Assembly (NCBI GenBank): GCA_045630455.1
Contig: JAZQTD010000048.1
Location: forward strand, 67,828-131,180
Length of the DNA stretch: 63,353 nucleotides
Reading direction: 5' to 3'
DNA from: Candidatus Enterousia sp.
GTDB taxonomy: Bacteria; Pseudomonadota; Alphaproteobacteria; Rs-D84
Made by a program: the position numbers and the translations under genes. This document shows positions 49,070-58,965 of this stretch, in pieces; the first letter of the stretch is position 1; the number at the start of each line of letters is the position of its first letter. The notes beneath the pieces were generated by a model. That model saw nothing but the letters and a program-made list of their open reading frames with translations, ran no database searches and had not been told where the DNA came from.

Positions 49070-50371
49070 ATGCGTCACATTACAGTATCGTTTTTTGCAT
49101 TTTTGCTGGTTTTGCCTGCGTTTGCGGATGCACGCCTGCCGGTTGTGAATCTGGCATCGGCGGGTGTTTCTGCGCGTGCCGCATTCGGAGAGAGTGCATC
49201 CACCACACAAAAACAGCAATTGCCTAAAAGAAATGTTGTTGCACGTCCGTCTGTTGTGCGTGCGTCTACGCCGGCAAAAGTTTCGGTGGATGTGGGTGAA
49301 AAAATTGCTGTTATTGATAATGATGTATTAATGCCAAATCGCCCCAGTAATGACCTGTGGGCGCATAGTTCCGCAAGTTTAAATACAGACGCGCCATTGC
49401 GTATGCCAAGCCCATCTGAATTTGCTGTTTATCGCAGTGATGAAGCGTTGCCCGAAGAAAGTTTAGATTCTTCGACAATGCCAAAAACCTACGCGTATAA
49501 TGATGCGCCTGTGGCTGTGTCACAAAAAAAAGCTGATAAAAAATCTGAACTGGATACACAAATCGATCGTTTGGTTGAATTGCAACGTCGTGCGGATGAG
49601 AGTGTTTATGTTGCTCACACTGATGTCGCACCGCGTGTAATCGCGCGCCCAGTTGCAGAAGAACCTGTTGCGCCAATTCTTGAACAAAAAGTTGCAGCGG
49701 CCCAGCCTGTTGAAACGGTGTCTGTACGTCGTATGGTTGTACCAATGGAAACGCATGATGTTGTTGTGCGCAGTGTTGAAAAAAATGAATCTCCACGTAT
49801 TGCGGCGGTTCGTGAAGATATGACAAAATTAAGTCCATCTGAATTACGTCGCGCATTCCGCAAAACATTCTTGTCGGAAAATAAACATTTATCTACGTAT
49901 ACAATGGATGATGCGTTTGATACGGTCAGTGATATGAGTGTGTCATCTGGCACATTTTCATCTGCGCGTGATTTAAGTGAAGATGCTGGTATTCGTCCGC
50001 TGGAAATCAAAATAAATTTCCGCAATGATGATTCAGCGTTGTCGCGTGATAATTATAATTTATTAAGTGAATATGCTGCGATTGTTGTACATAATCCAAC
50101 ACGTGCGATTCAGATTGCAATCCCAGCGCGCACGACAACAAATACAGAAGCGCGCAAATTGGCGGCACGTCGTCTGGCAATCGTAGAACAGGTTTTGCGC
50201 GACACAGGTGTTTCGCAACAGCGCATTGTGCCGGTTTTGTCCCAGCGTGACGAAGAAGGCTTTGTCTTGCGTGTGATTTCGAATGAACAGTTTGAAAGCT
50301 TGTCCCAGCAAAAACGTAATGTCTTTGGCGATACGGTATCAAATAAAAAATATAAAAGTTTGACGTGGTAA
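49070..50371 (+). CDS. Secreted protein with a degenerate C-terminal OmpA-like domain
   Basis: RBS AGGA, signal peptide, low-complexity linker, I.F..D.SALS and ARKLAARRLAIV.QVL...GV...RI. Confidence 0.65.
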   Translation: MRHITVSFFAFLLVLPAFADARLPVVNLASAGVSARAAFGESASTTQKQQLPKRNVVARPSVVRASTPAKVSVDVGEKIAVIDNDVLMPNRPSNDLWAHSSASLNTDAPLRMPSPSEFAVYRSDEALPEESLDSSTMPKTYAYNDAPVAVSQKKADKKSELDTQIDRLVELQRRADESVYVAHTDVAPRVIARPVAEEPVAPILEQKVAAAQPVETVSVRRMVVPMETHDVVVRSVEKNESPRIAAVREDMTKLSPSELRRAFRKTFLSENKHLSTYTMDDAFDTVSDMSVSSGTFSSARDLSEDAGIRPLEIKINFRNDDSALSRDNYNLLSEYAAIVVHNPTRAIQIAIPARTTTNTEARKLAARRLAIVEQVLRDTGVSQQRIVPVLSQRDEEGFVLRVISNEQFESLSQQKRNVFGDTVSNKKYKSLTW

Positions 50372-51084
50372 AAGGTTTAATAAAAACAATTGTTGAGTTT
50401 TTATTTCCGCCGGCGTGTCCATTATGTGGTGCGCCGGTGTCAATTCATGGTGAATTGTGTGCAGATTGCTGGACATCGTTTAATTGGATTGATGGCGCAA
50501 AATGTGTTCGCTGTGGGTATCCGTTTGCGCTTGATATGGATAATGCAATATGTCCGGTTTGTGCATCTGGCAAATGTGAGTTGGATTGGATACGCAGTGC
50601 CTGTGTCTATGATGATGCATCGCGTATGGCGATGTTGCCGTTCAAGCACAGTGGTCGTGTTTCATACGCACATTTTATGTCGCGTGCGATGATTTGGGTA
50701 CTGCGTGATATTGATACTTCTGATATAGATTTTGTTATGCCTGTGCCACTTGCAAATCGTAGGCTATTCAAACGCAGTTATAACCAAGCAACATTACTGG
50801 CGCGTCCAATTGCGCGCGTATTAAAATTAAAACTGGACTATGATTCTGTGCGGCGCAAACATCGTCCCAGTATGGGGCATTTAAATTCGCGCCAGCGCGC
50901 ACAAAATATTCACGGTGTGTTTAATGTTGTGCGACCTGAAAATATACGTGGTAAAAATATTTTGTTGGTTGATGATGTAATGACATCTGGCGCAACATTT
51001 TCAGAATTACGTCGTGTATTAATAAATGCGGGTGCTGCAAATGTTTACGGTGTGACATTCTGTCGCGTTGTGCACAGTGTCTAG
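50365..51084 (+). CDS. comF: ComF family protein (double zinc ribbon plus PRTase)
   Basis: FPPACPLC, CxxC pairs, PVPL..RRL..R.YNQA, LLVDDVMTSGAT. Confidence 0.92.
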   Translation: MVKGLIKTIVEFLFPPACPLCGAPVSIHGELCADCWTSFNWIDGAKCVRCGYPFALDMDNAICPVCASGKCELDWIRSACVYDDASRMAMLPFKHSGRVSYAHFMSRAMIWVLRDIDTSDIDFVMPVPLANRRLFKRSYNQATLLARPIARVLKLKLDYDSVRRKHRPSMGHLNSRQRAQNIHGVFNVVRPENIRGKNILLVDDVMTSGATFSELRRVLINAGAANVYGVTFCRVVHSV

Positions 51085-51443
51085 GAATAGGTTTTGTCTT
51101 GCTTGATTGTGTGAACCATATATTTAGAACGTGCCAAATGCGCTTCTTGCATCATGATTTTTGTGCTGCACATACGCATCAGGTCGATAATATCACGTGC
51201 AATTGTATCGATTGTTTTCTTGGAAGTATCAACAATGGCTTCTTCTAGTATTTCGTCACCCAAAGAAATGGTATAATATATGATTGCAAAATTAGCATCG
51301 AACGAAGTTATGTTTGCGCATATTGCCAGTGTTCGACCGTCTGGTATTGTTGTATGATACATAACGATATCATCTTGGGTTGATACAGACATTGGACAGC
51401 TGTTGATACATGCAATAAAAAAGTCTTTATTTTCTGGATGCAT
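51081..51443 (-). CDS. Hypothetical protein (paralog of 51446..51802)
   Basis: Shares DG, YY..S and CS.KI..QE.H motifs and a KT(Y/H)S ending with its neighbour. Confidence 0.7.
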   Translation of the reverse strand: MHPENKDFFIACINSCPMSVSTQDDIVMYHTTIPDGRTLAICANITSFDANFAIIYYTISLGDEILEEAIVDTSKKTIDTIARDIIDLMRMCSTKIMMQEAHLARSKYMVHTIKQDKTYS

Positions 51444-51445
51444 TT

Positions 51446-51802
51446 TTAACTGTGTGTCTTTTCTTTACTTGTTTGTGTCAGTATTCCAAACTGACGTGCA
51501 TGTATTTCCTGGGATAGTATTTTATTTGAACAATGTGTTATTAGGCTTATCAGTTTTTTTGTTATTTCTGTTGGTGCTTTTCCGTCCAAACAGAATCCGT
51601 CAGATAAAACTTGCATATTTACACTGACTGCATAATAGCGACCAGGGCGACCGTGATCGTCTGTTGTGTAAACGCACGAAAATTCAAAACTTGTTCCGTC
51701 ATCCAGCTCAATAGAATATTCAACGGTGTCAACATTATGTATAACGTTGATGTATGAGATTTGAATAAGGTGGTGCAAAAATTTTAATCTATCTTGATTC
51801 AT
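51446..51802 (-). CDS. Hypothetical protein (paralog of 51081..51443)
   Basis: Own promoter TTGACA-17 nt-CATTAT; similarity to its neighbour. Confidence 0.7.
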   Translation of the reverse strand: MNQDRLKFLHHLIQISYINVIHNVDTVEYSIELDDGTSFEFSCVYTTDDHGRPGRYYAVSVNMQVLSDGFCLDGKAPTEITKKLISLITHCSNKILSQEIHARQFGILTQTSKEKTHS

Positions 51803-51914
51803 ACTTGTATAATGCTGTCAAAAAAAACGTTTGTCAAATATTTTGTTGTTGTTGTGCGTATTTTTTCAATTTATACTAGTCTTGTACGATATATGATAAA
51901 CGAAAGGAAAAAGT

Positions 51915-52433
51915 ATGCTTAAAAAATTATTGTTAACATCTGCGGTGGCCATGTTGCCATTTGTATCAAATGCGGCGATGCCGTTTGTGGGTTTTTATCA
52001 GACGATTGATGATGAAACAAATCTACCTAAATCAATCGTTGCGCTTTATGAATATACCGATGGTGACGATATGGAATTAGCGGGTCGTATTGTTGCGTTG
52101 TATAACACAGACGGCACGATTTCTGAAACTTTAAGTAATCCAACCCGTGTCGCAGAAAAAGTTAAAGGTGCACCAAAAATGGTTGGCTTGGACATCATCT
52201 GGGGTATGGAATGGGATGACGATGAATACGAAGATGGTAAAATTATGGATCCAAAAACTGGTAAAATTTACTCATCTGTTATGTGGCAAGATATGCCGAC
52301 TGTTTTGAATGTTCGTGGTAAAATTGGGCCATTTGGCCGTACGCAACGTTGGAATCTGTTGGATGTGACTACGCTGCCGGCTGAATTACAGACATTGGAT
52401 ACCACGACATGGTCACCAAAAATTATTAAATAA
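51915..52433 (+). CDS. DUF2147 family secreted protein
   Basis: Signal peptide, TIDD, G.IMDPKTGKIY, LNVRG.IG..GRTQ.W. Confidence 0.85.
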   Translation: MLKKLLLTSAVAMLPFVSNAAMPFVGFYQTIDDETNLPKSIVALYEYTDGDDMELAGRIVALYNTDGTISETLSNPTRVAEKVKGAPKMVGLDIIWGMEWDDDEYEDGKIMDPKTGKIYSSVMWQDMPTVLNVRGKIGPFGRTQRWNLLDVTTLPAELQTLDTTTWSPKIIK

Positions 52434-52460
52434 AAAACCCGCCGTTTGGCGGGATTTTTT
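52432..52460. terminator. Bidirectional intrinsic terminator
   Basis: AAAAAACCCGCCGTTTGGCGGGATTTTTT. Confidence 0.75.
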
Positions 52461-52464
52461 ATTT

Positions 52465-52617
52465 TTAGTTAACTGCACTAACCGCAATACGTTTGCGACC
52501 TGCTGCGCGGCGACGATTCAGAACGTCACGACCGCCCTTTGTTTCCATACGTGCACGAAATCCGTGTGTGCGAACACGACGTGTCTTTGATGGTTGATAT
52601 GTACGTTTTGTTGCCAT
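52465..52617 (-). CDS. rpmH: 50S ribosomal protein L34
   Basis: Manual translation [50 protein letters not shown]; too short for the ORF track. Confidence 0.97.
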   Translation of the reverse strand: MATKRTYQPSKTRRVRTHGFRARMETKGGRDVLNRRRAAGRKRIAVSAVN

Positions 52618-52736
52618 TTTATTTATCCTTCGGTTTTTCTTTTGTCATTTCATATTGGCCGAAGCAGTACAAGACCAACCTGAAATAAATCCGTTTGCGG
52701 GTATATTTAAGCATAAGTTTTTATAAAAAGCAAGTT

Positions 52737-52844
52737 TTATTTAGATTTTACCAAACCTAACTTTTTTAATCCTTCTTGTATCAGGTGGAATAGAAATATT
52801 GCCACGAATAAATTCCAAAAAGGCAGAAATAATTTGTCGTTCAT
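52737..52844 (-). CDS. Putative 35-aa small membrane peptide
   Basis: MNDKLFLPFWNLFVAIFLFHLIQEGLKKLGLVKSK; upstream AGGA and a TTGACA promoter-like sequence. Confidence 0.4.
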   Translation of the reverse strand: MNDKLFLPFWNLFVAIFLFHLIQEGLKKLGLVKSK

Positions 52845-52988
52845 TTTATGTAAATTCCTGTGTTTTTTTGTCCAGATTACATTATCACAAAACAAACGTT
52901 TGTCAATGTGTTTTTTGGGCTTTATTTCTTGACGTAAACCGCAAAAATTTGCTATGTTTTAACTGTTATAAACAAGGGAAAGTGAAGT

Positions 52989-55730
52989 ATGTCAGAAAAT
53001 ATTAACGAAGTTGTTGAAACCCGCGTTCCTCAGTCGTCTTTGGAACACGAAATGCGGACCAGTTTCTTGGACTATGCAATGTCGGTTATTGTTGATCGTG
53101 CGTTGCCTGATGTTCGTGACGGGTGCAAGCCTGTACATCGCAGAATTCTGTATGTTATGAACGATGTTGCGCCTGCGACAAAACCAACGGTAAAGTCTGC
53201 TCGTATTGTCGGTGATGTTATGGGTAAATATCACCCACACGGGGACTCTTCTATTTACGAAGCAATGGTTCGTATGGGGCAGGATTTTTCCATGGGTGAA
53301 ATGTTGGTCCAGGGTCAGGGTAACTTTGGTTCGCGTGACGGGGATAAGGCCGCTGCTATGCGTTATACAGAAGCGCGTCTTTCCAAACTGGGTGCGTCCT
53401 TAATGGATGATATGGACAAAGATACGGTTGATTGGATGCCGAACTTTGACGGCTCTTTACAAGAACCGGTTGTTTTGCCGACCAAGTTTCCAAACTTTTT
53501 GGTCAACGGTGGTTCGGGTATTGCGGTTGGTATGGCAACAAATGTGCCGACGTATAATCTGGGCGAAATTTGCAATGGTATCTTGGCGATATTAGATAAT
53601 CGTGAATTGACAGATGATGAATTGTTTACAATTATCCCAGGGCCTGACTTTCCAACAGGCGCAATGATTATGGGGCATGCCGGTGCGTATAAAGCACACA
53701 CAACCGGTCGTGGTTCAATTATCATTCGTGCAAAAACACATATCGAAGATTTTCGTGACCACCAGGCGATTATTGTTGATGAATTACCATACCAGGTTAA
53801 CAAAGCACAAATGATTATCAAAATTGCTGAGTTAATCAAAGACAAACGAATCGAAGGTATTTCAGAAATCCGTGACGAATCATCCAAAGAAGGTCTGCGT
53901 GTTGTTGTTGAATTAAAACGTGATGCGATTGCAGATGTTGTATTGAATCATTTGTTCCAATACACAGAAATGCAGACTAATTTCCCAGTCAATATGATGG
54001 CGTTAAATCGTGGCCGTCCAATGTTGTTTAATGTTCGTGGGGTTCTAGATGCTTTTATTGAGTTCAGAGCAGAGGTTATCCGCCGCCGCACAATTTTTGA
54101 TTTGAACAAGGCACGTAATCGTGCACATACATTGTTGGGCTTGTCTGTAGCGGTTGGAAATCTGGATGAAGTAATCGAGTTAATTAAATCCAGTGCTAAC
54201 CCCGAAGAAGCGCGCGCTGCTTTGATTGCGCGTGGCTGGCGTGCATCTGATATTGAATCTTATATTCAATTGATTGATGATCCAAATACTGAATACAAAG
54301 ACGGAATGTTTTATATGTCCGAAGACCAAGCGCGTGCGATTTTGGAATTGCAATTGCATCGCTTGACGGGTCTTGAACGTGACAAGATTCACGATGACTT
54401 AACAAACTTGGGTGCGGTTATCAAAGACTTGCTTGAAATCTTGGGCAGTTATGAACGCATTGTCCAGATTATTCGTGACGAAACAATTATGGTTCGTGAT
54501 AACTGGGCATCCCCACGTCGTACAGAAATTTCCGATGCAGAAATCGATATCGATATCGAAGATTTGATTGCGCGCGAAGATATGGTTGTGACTGTGTCTA
54601 ACACGGGCTATATCAAACGTGTTGCGCTGGATACATATCGTGCACAAAAACGTGGTGGCAAGGGGCGTAATGCAATGACAACCAAAGACGATGACTATGT
54701 TGTCCAAGTGTTTGTTGCAAATACGCATACGCCATTGCTGTTCTTTAGTTCCAAGGGGTTGTGCTATAAGCTAAAAACATATAAATTACCAGAAGCTGCC
54801 GCTGCAGCCAAGGGTCGCCCATTGGTAAATTTGTTGCCACTGGAAAATGGCGAAACAATCACTGCGATATTGCCAGTACCCGAAGAAGATGTTCAGCGTG
54901 TTGCAGAATCTGGCAAAGAACACTTCTTGATGTTTGCAACGGCATCTGGAACGGTTCGTCGCAATCGTATGAGTGACTTTGATTCAATTCGTGCAAACGG
55001 TAAAATCGCAATGAAATTGGACGAAGGTGACAGTTTGATTTCTGTACTGCCATGTAACGAAGATCAAGACGTATTTTTGGCAACATATCGTGGTCGCGCG
55101 ATTCGATTCCCTGTGCCTGAAATCCGTGTGTTCGCAGGACGTAATTCGACCGGTGTTCGCGGAATTACGCTGGGCAAAGACGACAAGATTATCGGTATGG
55201 CAATGTTAAATCGTGGCGAATCTGACTCATCGATTCGTGCGGCGTATATAAAGCAATCTCGTGCAGCACGTCGTGCCGCCACCGGTATCGAAGAAGAAAC
55301 GGACGCAGACGAAGAAGAAACAACAGTCGTCTTAAGCGATGAAAAGATGGCGGAAATGGCGGCGCGTGAAGAATTCATTTTGACTATTTCTGAAAATGGA
55401 TTTGGTAAACGTACCAGTTCGTATGAATATCGTCTGACGCATCGTGGTGGTGGTGGATTTACCAACATTAAACTGGGGGGTAAAAACACAGCAGTCGCGG
55501 GTTCATTCCCTGTTGCGGATAACCAAGATGTTATGATGGTGACAGACGGTGGTAAAATTATCCGCACACCTGTAAACGATGTTCGTATCGCAGGGCGTTC
55601 AACAGCGGGCGTGACATTGTTCCGCACGGCTGATAATGAAAAGGTTGTATCTGCAACGGTTATCGAACACGAAGAAGAAACAGCCGAAGAAGAACAGACA
55701 GATGTTGTTGCAGAAACAGTGTCTGAATAA
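52989..55730 (+). CDS. gyrA: DNA gyrase subunit A
   Basis: YHPHGDS, AAMRYTE, GyrA-box QKRGGKG. Confidence 0.98.
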   Translation: MSENINEVVETRVPQSSLEHEMRTSFLDYAMSVIVDRALPDVRDGCKPVHRRILYVMNDVAPATKPTVKSARIVGDVMGKYHPHGDSSIYEAMVRMGQDFSMGEMLVQGQGNFGSRDGDKAAAMRYTEARLSKLGASLMDDMDKDTVDWMPNFDGSLQEPVVLPTKFPNFLVNGGSGIAVGMATNVPTYNLGEICNGILAILDNRELTDDELFTIIPGPDFPTGAMIMGHAGAYKAHTTGRGSIIIRAKTHIEDFRDHQAIIVDELPYQVNKAQMIIKIAELIKDKRIEGISEIRDESSKEGLRVVVELKRDAIADVVLNHLFQYTEMQTNFPVNMMALNRGRPMLFNVRGVLDAFIEFRAEVIRRRTIFDLNKARNRAHTLLGLSVAVGNLDEVIELIKSSANPEEARAALIARGWRASDIESYIQLIDDPNTEYKDGMFYMSEDQARAILELQLHRLTGLERDKIHDDLTNLGAVIKDLLEILGSYERIVQIIRDETIMVRDNWASPRRTEISDAEIDIDIEDLIAREDMVVTVSNTGYIKRVALDTYRAQKRGGKGRNAMTTKDDDYVVQVFVANTHTPLLFFSSKGLCYKLKTYKLPEAAAAAKGRPLVNLLPLENGETITAILPVPEEDVQRVAESGKEHFLMFATASGTVRRNRMSDFDSIRANGKIAMKLDEGDSLISVLPCNEDQDVFLATYRGRAIRFPVPEIRVFAGRNSTGVRGITLGKDDKIIGMAMLNRGESDSSIRAAYIKQSRAARRAATGIEEETDADEEETTVVLSDEKMAEMAAREEFILTISENGFGKRTSSYEYRLTHRGGGGFTNIKLGGKNTAVAGSFPVADNQDVMMVTDGGKIIRTPVNDVRIAGRSTAGVTLFRTADNEKVVSATVIEHEEETAEEEQTDVVAETVSE

Positions 55731-55743
55731 TAGTGGGGCCGGC

Positions 55744-56130
55744 ATGGATAACGAATACTTTTTATCGATAAACGAAGTATCAAAACGCTTGTCTGTGCCG
55801 GCGCATACCTTGCGTTATTGGGAAAAGCAATTTCCGGTATTAATCCGTCCAACAACGGGTGCGGGTGGTCGCCGTTATTATCGCACAGAAACATTCGAAC
55901 GTTTGGTTGTGTTAAAAGATTTGTTATACAGTCGTGGCTTAACAATTGCGGGTGTGAAAAAGTTGATGCGTGACGGTGATTTGCCAAAAAATATAGACGA
56001 TTTATTGGCTGCGTCTGCACCATCTGTGGAAACTGTTACCGTGGCAACAATGCCGCGTACTCAAAATCACAGCGAAGAAATAAAATTCGCAATTGATTTA
56101 CTGCAAAGTGCATATGATTTATTGCAATAA
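55744..56130 (+). CDS. MerR family HTH regulator
   Basis: SINEVS..L.VPAHTLRYWEKQF, GGRRYY, LLY..G.TI.GV; start at MDNEY. Confidence 0.9.
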   Translation: MDNEYFLSINEVSKRLSVPAHTLRYWEKQFPVLIRPTTGAGGRRYYRTETFERLVVLKDLLYSRGLTIAGVKKLMRDGDLPKNIDDLLAASAPSVETVTVATMPRTQNHSEEIKFAIDLLQSAYDLLQ

Positions 56131-56158
56131 AAATCCCCGCCAAACGGCGGGATTTTTT
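56129..56158 (+). terminator. Intrinsic terminator
   Basis: CCCGCC-AAAC-GGCGGG followed by ATTTTTT. Confidence 0.75.
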
Positions 56159-56237
56159 ATTGTTTATTTAAATACTTAATAAATTGCAATTGGGATTTTT
56201 TGTGGTAAAATCTGCCTAACAATAGAAAAGGTATACT

Positions 56238-56780
56238 ATGACACTTGAAAACTTGTCAGCTGGCAAACTGCCACCGAAAAAGATGAACGCGATTATTGAA
56301 ATTCCTGAAAATGGTCACGTAAAATATGAAATTGACAAAGAAACGGGTTTGCTAAAGGTGGATAGAATTTTGCATGCTCCAATGGCATATCCTGCGAACT
56401 ATGGGTACTTTCCAGGGACGTTGGGCGATGATGGCGATCCTTTGGATTGTGTGGTTGTATGTAATGCGCCACTACGCCCGGGTGTTTTGATTGAGGTTCG
56501 TCCAATCGGCGCTCTGTTAATGGAAGACCAAGCCGGTGGCGATGAAAAAATTATATGTGTGCCACGTGATAAAATTGACCAATACTATGAAACAATTGAA
56601 TACATTGAACAGTTGCCTGAGATTTTGCGCTCTAAAATAGAATACTTTTTTGATCACTACAAAGATTTGCAGGGTGGTGCGTGGTCCAAAATTATCGGCT
56701 GGGCTGATCGGGAAACCGCAGATAAATTGATTATGGAAAGTATCGATAGATATTGGGCGCATAAACGTGAAGCGCAATAA
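56238..56780 (+). CDS. ppa: Inorganic pyrophosphatase (family I)
   Basis: KYEIDK, YPANYG, DGDPLD, DEKI, FF.HYKDL. Confidence 0.96.
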   Translation: MTLENLSAGKLPPKKMNAIIEIPENGHVKYEIDKETGLLKVDRILHAPMAYPANYGYFPGTLGDDGDPLDCVVVCNAPLRPGVLIEVRPIGALLMEDQAGGDEKIICVPRDKIDQYYETIEYIEQLPEILRSKIEYFFDHYKDLQGGAWSKIIGWADRETADKLIMESIDRYWAHKREAQ

Positions 56781-56844
56781 AAAAACTTGCGCGGCGGCAG
56801 AATATTTTTATAATCACAAAGTAAAAAAATAAAGAGGTATTAAA

Positions 56845-57414
56845 ATGGCATCTTATATTGCAAATGATATGCGTGTGGGTTGGGTTATTTCACACAATGG
56901 TAAACGTTATTCTGTGACATCTATTACCAAGGTTAAACCAGGTAAAGGTGGCGCATTTGTTCAGGCAGACTTGCGTGATATTGATTCTGGGAACAAGGGC
57001 GGCGATCGCTGGCGCGCAGAAGATAAAGTTGAAAAATTAATGGTCGAAGATTTTGAATGCCAGTATTTATATTCTGATGGTAATGATGCGTTCTTTATGA
57101 ATCTGTCTGATTATGAACAGTTTACAATGCCGGTTGATTCTTTGGGTGATATGATGAAGTTCTTGGCACCTGAAATGTCGGTCAAAGCAAACTTTGTCGA
57201 AGGCCAGCCTGTTTCAATTTCTTTGCCAAAGACTGTTATCGCAACAGTTGAAGAAACAGAACCTGCGTTAAAAGGTCAGACCGTGTCATCCAGTGGTGGT
57301 AAACCTGCGATTCTGGACAATGGTGTTCGTGTTCAAGTGCCACTGTTTATTGAACAGGGCGAACGTATTGTTGTTAATACTGAAACGTTAGAGTATGTAG
57401 AACGCGCAAAATAA
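56845..57414 (+). CDS. efp: Elongation factor P
   Basis: KPGKGGAFV, QYLY, KPA.L.NG..V.VPLFI, YVERA. Confidence 0.96.
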   Translation: MASYIANDMRVGWVISHNGKRYSVTSITKVKPGKGGAFVQADLRDIDSGNKGGDRWRAEDKVEKLMVEDFECQYLYSDGNDAFFMNLSDYEQFTMPVDSLGDMMKFLAPEMSVKANFVEGQPVSISLPKTVIATVEETEPALKGQTVSSSGGKPAILDNGVRVQVPLFIEQGERIVVNTETLEYVERAK

Positions 57415-57439
57415 AAAAATTAAATATAATAACTTATCT

Positions 57440-57497
57440 AAAAACAAATCGGGCATCTCATGTAGCATTTGTACACTAAGATGCCCGATTTGTTTTT
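57440..57497. repeat. 19-bp perfect inverted repeat (long terminator or REP-like element)
   Basis: AAAAACAAATCGGGCATCT-20 nt-AGATGCCCGATTTGTTTTT between convergent efp and fba. Confidence 0.75.
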
Positions 57498-57519
57498 GTC
57501 TAAATCATTCTATTTAACT

Positions 57520-58485
57520 TTATCCAGCACAAGGTGTGTGGGGTAGTTTATTATCACTGCCCATAATATTTTTGATTTCGTCAATGCAGGTTTTTGTCAT
57601 TTCCTTGATGCTGACCCCCAAATATTCGCGTGGGTTAAAGTTTGCAGGTTTTGTAGCCAAAGATTCACGAACTGCCGCCGTCATAGCAAGGCGCAGGTCG
57701 CTATCTACATTAATTTTGCAGACGTTCATTTTTGTTGCGTGGCGTAGTTGTGCGGGGGCGATGCCACGTGCGTTCGGCATATCACCGCCAAATGTGTTTA
57801 TTGTTTCAACCAAGTGCGCTGGAATTTGTGATGCGCCGTGCAAGACCAATGGAAAAGTTGGTAATTGTTTGGCAATCTGTTCTAATATATCAAAGCGCAG
57901 TTCTTCTTCATCGGATTTGCGTTTATATGCGCCGTGGCTGGTCCCAATTGCAATCGCCAGTGAGTCTATATTGGTTGCGTTTACGAATTTTACTACATCA
58001 TCTGGATTTGTATAACTGGATGTTTCGGATTGAGTATTTTCGTCTTCGATACCAGACAATGTCCCCAGTTCAGCTTCGACCGAAACATTGTGTTTGTGTG
58101 CGTATTCGACAACTGATTTTGTTAGTTCGATATTTTGTTCGAATGGCAATTTGCTGGCATCTATCATCACGGATGAAAATCCTAAATCAATGGCGTGGCG
58201 ACACGCCTCGACCGAGCCACCGTGGTCCAGATGTAATGCGATTTGTTCATCTGGCTTGATATTAGCACCGCGAATTAATCCCATCAGAATTTCGTCGCTC
58301 ATATATTTTATGGCAGATTCACTGGCTGCCAGTATAGCAGGGCTGTATGTTTCGCGTACCGCCGCCAGAATTGCCTGTAACGTTTCCATATTGTAAAAAT
58401 TAAACGCAGGTACAGCATATTGGTTGCATATTGCAGTTTGAAACATATCCTGTGTATTTACTAAACCAAATTCTGTGTATTTCAT
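57520..58485 (-). CDS. fba: Class II fructose-1,6-bisphosphate aldolase
   Basis: LHLDHG, SVMIDAS, VEAELG, IGTSHGAYK, LVLHGAS, KINVDSD. Confidence 0.95.
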   Translation of the reverse strand: MKYTEFGLVNTQDMFQTAICNQYAVPAFNFYNMETLQAILAAVRETYSPAILAASESAIKYMSDEILMGLIRGANIKPDEQIALHLDHGGSVEACRHAIDLGFSSVMIDASKLPFEQNIELTKSVVEYAHKHNVSVEAELGTLSGIEDENTQSETSSYTNPDDVVKFVNATNIDSLAIAIGTSHGAYKRKSDEEELRFDILEQIAKQLPTFPLVLHGASQIPAHLVETINTFGGDMPNARGIAPAQLRHATKMNVCKINVDSDLRLAMTAAVRESLATKPANFNPREYLGVSIKEMTKTCIDEIKNIMGSDNKLPHTPCAG

Positions 58486-58611
58486 ATTTTATATCCTTTT
58501 GCGATTATTATATCATAAATGTTACAAAAACTTGACATTTTTATATCTTTTGCAACAATAAAATAAAATCGGGGGCGCACAGAGAGTCTTAAAAACCAAA
58601 AGGTGTTTTAA

Positions 58612-58938
58612 ATGAAAAAAGTTTTAATGTCTGTTTTGGCTTTGGCTATGTTGTCGGGCTGTGCTACTTATTATGATTATTATAAAAGCGGTGTGCGCTA
58701 TACCCAAGATGGTGAAGATTGTGTTTTTTACAGCGCGGAACGTGGTCGTTATTTTAGTGATGAAATTCGTTCGCTGGATACAGATAAAAAAGTTGTATAC
58801 AAAGATATCAAATGTGAAAAACTGTATAAACGTGATATGGCGGCCAAGTTCCCACATTATGAGCCAAAAGTTGTAAAGCCTGTGGAAAAGAAATCTTGTC
58901 CGTGCAAAAAATCTTGCAAATATGTAAAGGTTAATTAA
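58612..58938 (+). CDS. Hypothetical lipoprotein
   Basis: Lipobox LSGC; Lys/Cys-rich tail. Confidence 0.75.
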   Translation: MKKVLMSVLALAMLSGCATYYDYYKSGVRYTQDGEDCVFYSAERGRYFSDEIRSLDTDKKVVYKDIKCEKLYKRDMAAKFPHYEPKVVKPVEKKSCPCKKSCKYVKVN

Positions 58939-58965
58939 AAAATCCCCCGGATGGGGGAATTTTTT
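58937..58965. terminator. Bidirectional intrinsic terminator
   Basis: TCCCCC-GGAT-GGGGGA flanked by A and T tracts. Confidence 0.7.

Noticed and set aside
52618-52988. oriC between rpmH and gyrA
   Set aside because: No DnaA-box cluster; the space is explained by promoters, the rpmH leader and a small ORF.
53220-53265. Quinolone-resistance mutation in GyrA
   Set aside because: HGDSSIYE keeps Ser at the position equivalent to 83 and an acidic residue at 87.
55064-56023. 319-aa antisense ORF over gyrA/merR
   Set aside because: It is a shadow of real genes on the opposite strand and has no motifs. The same applies to 12695..13552, 13636..14367, 23794..24426 and other overlapping track ORFs.
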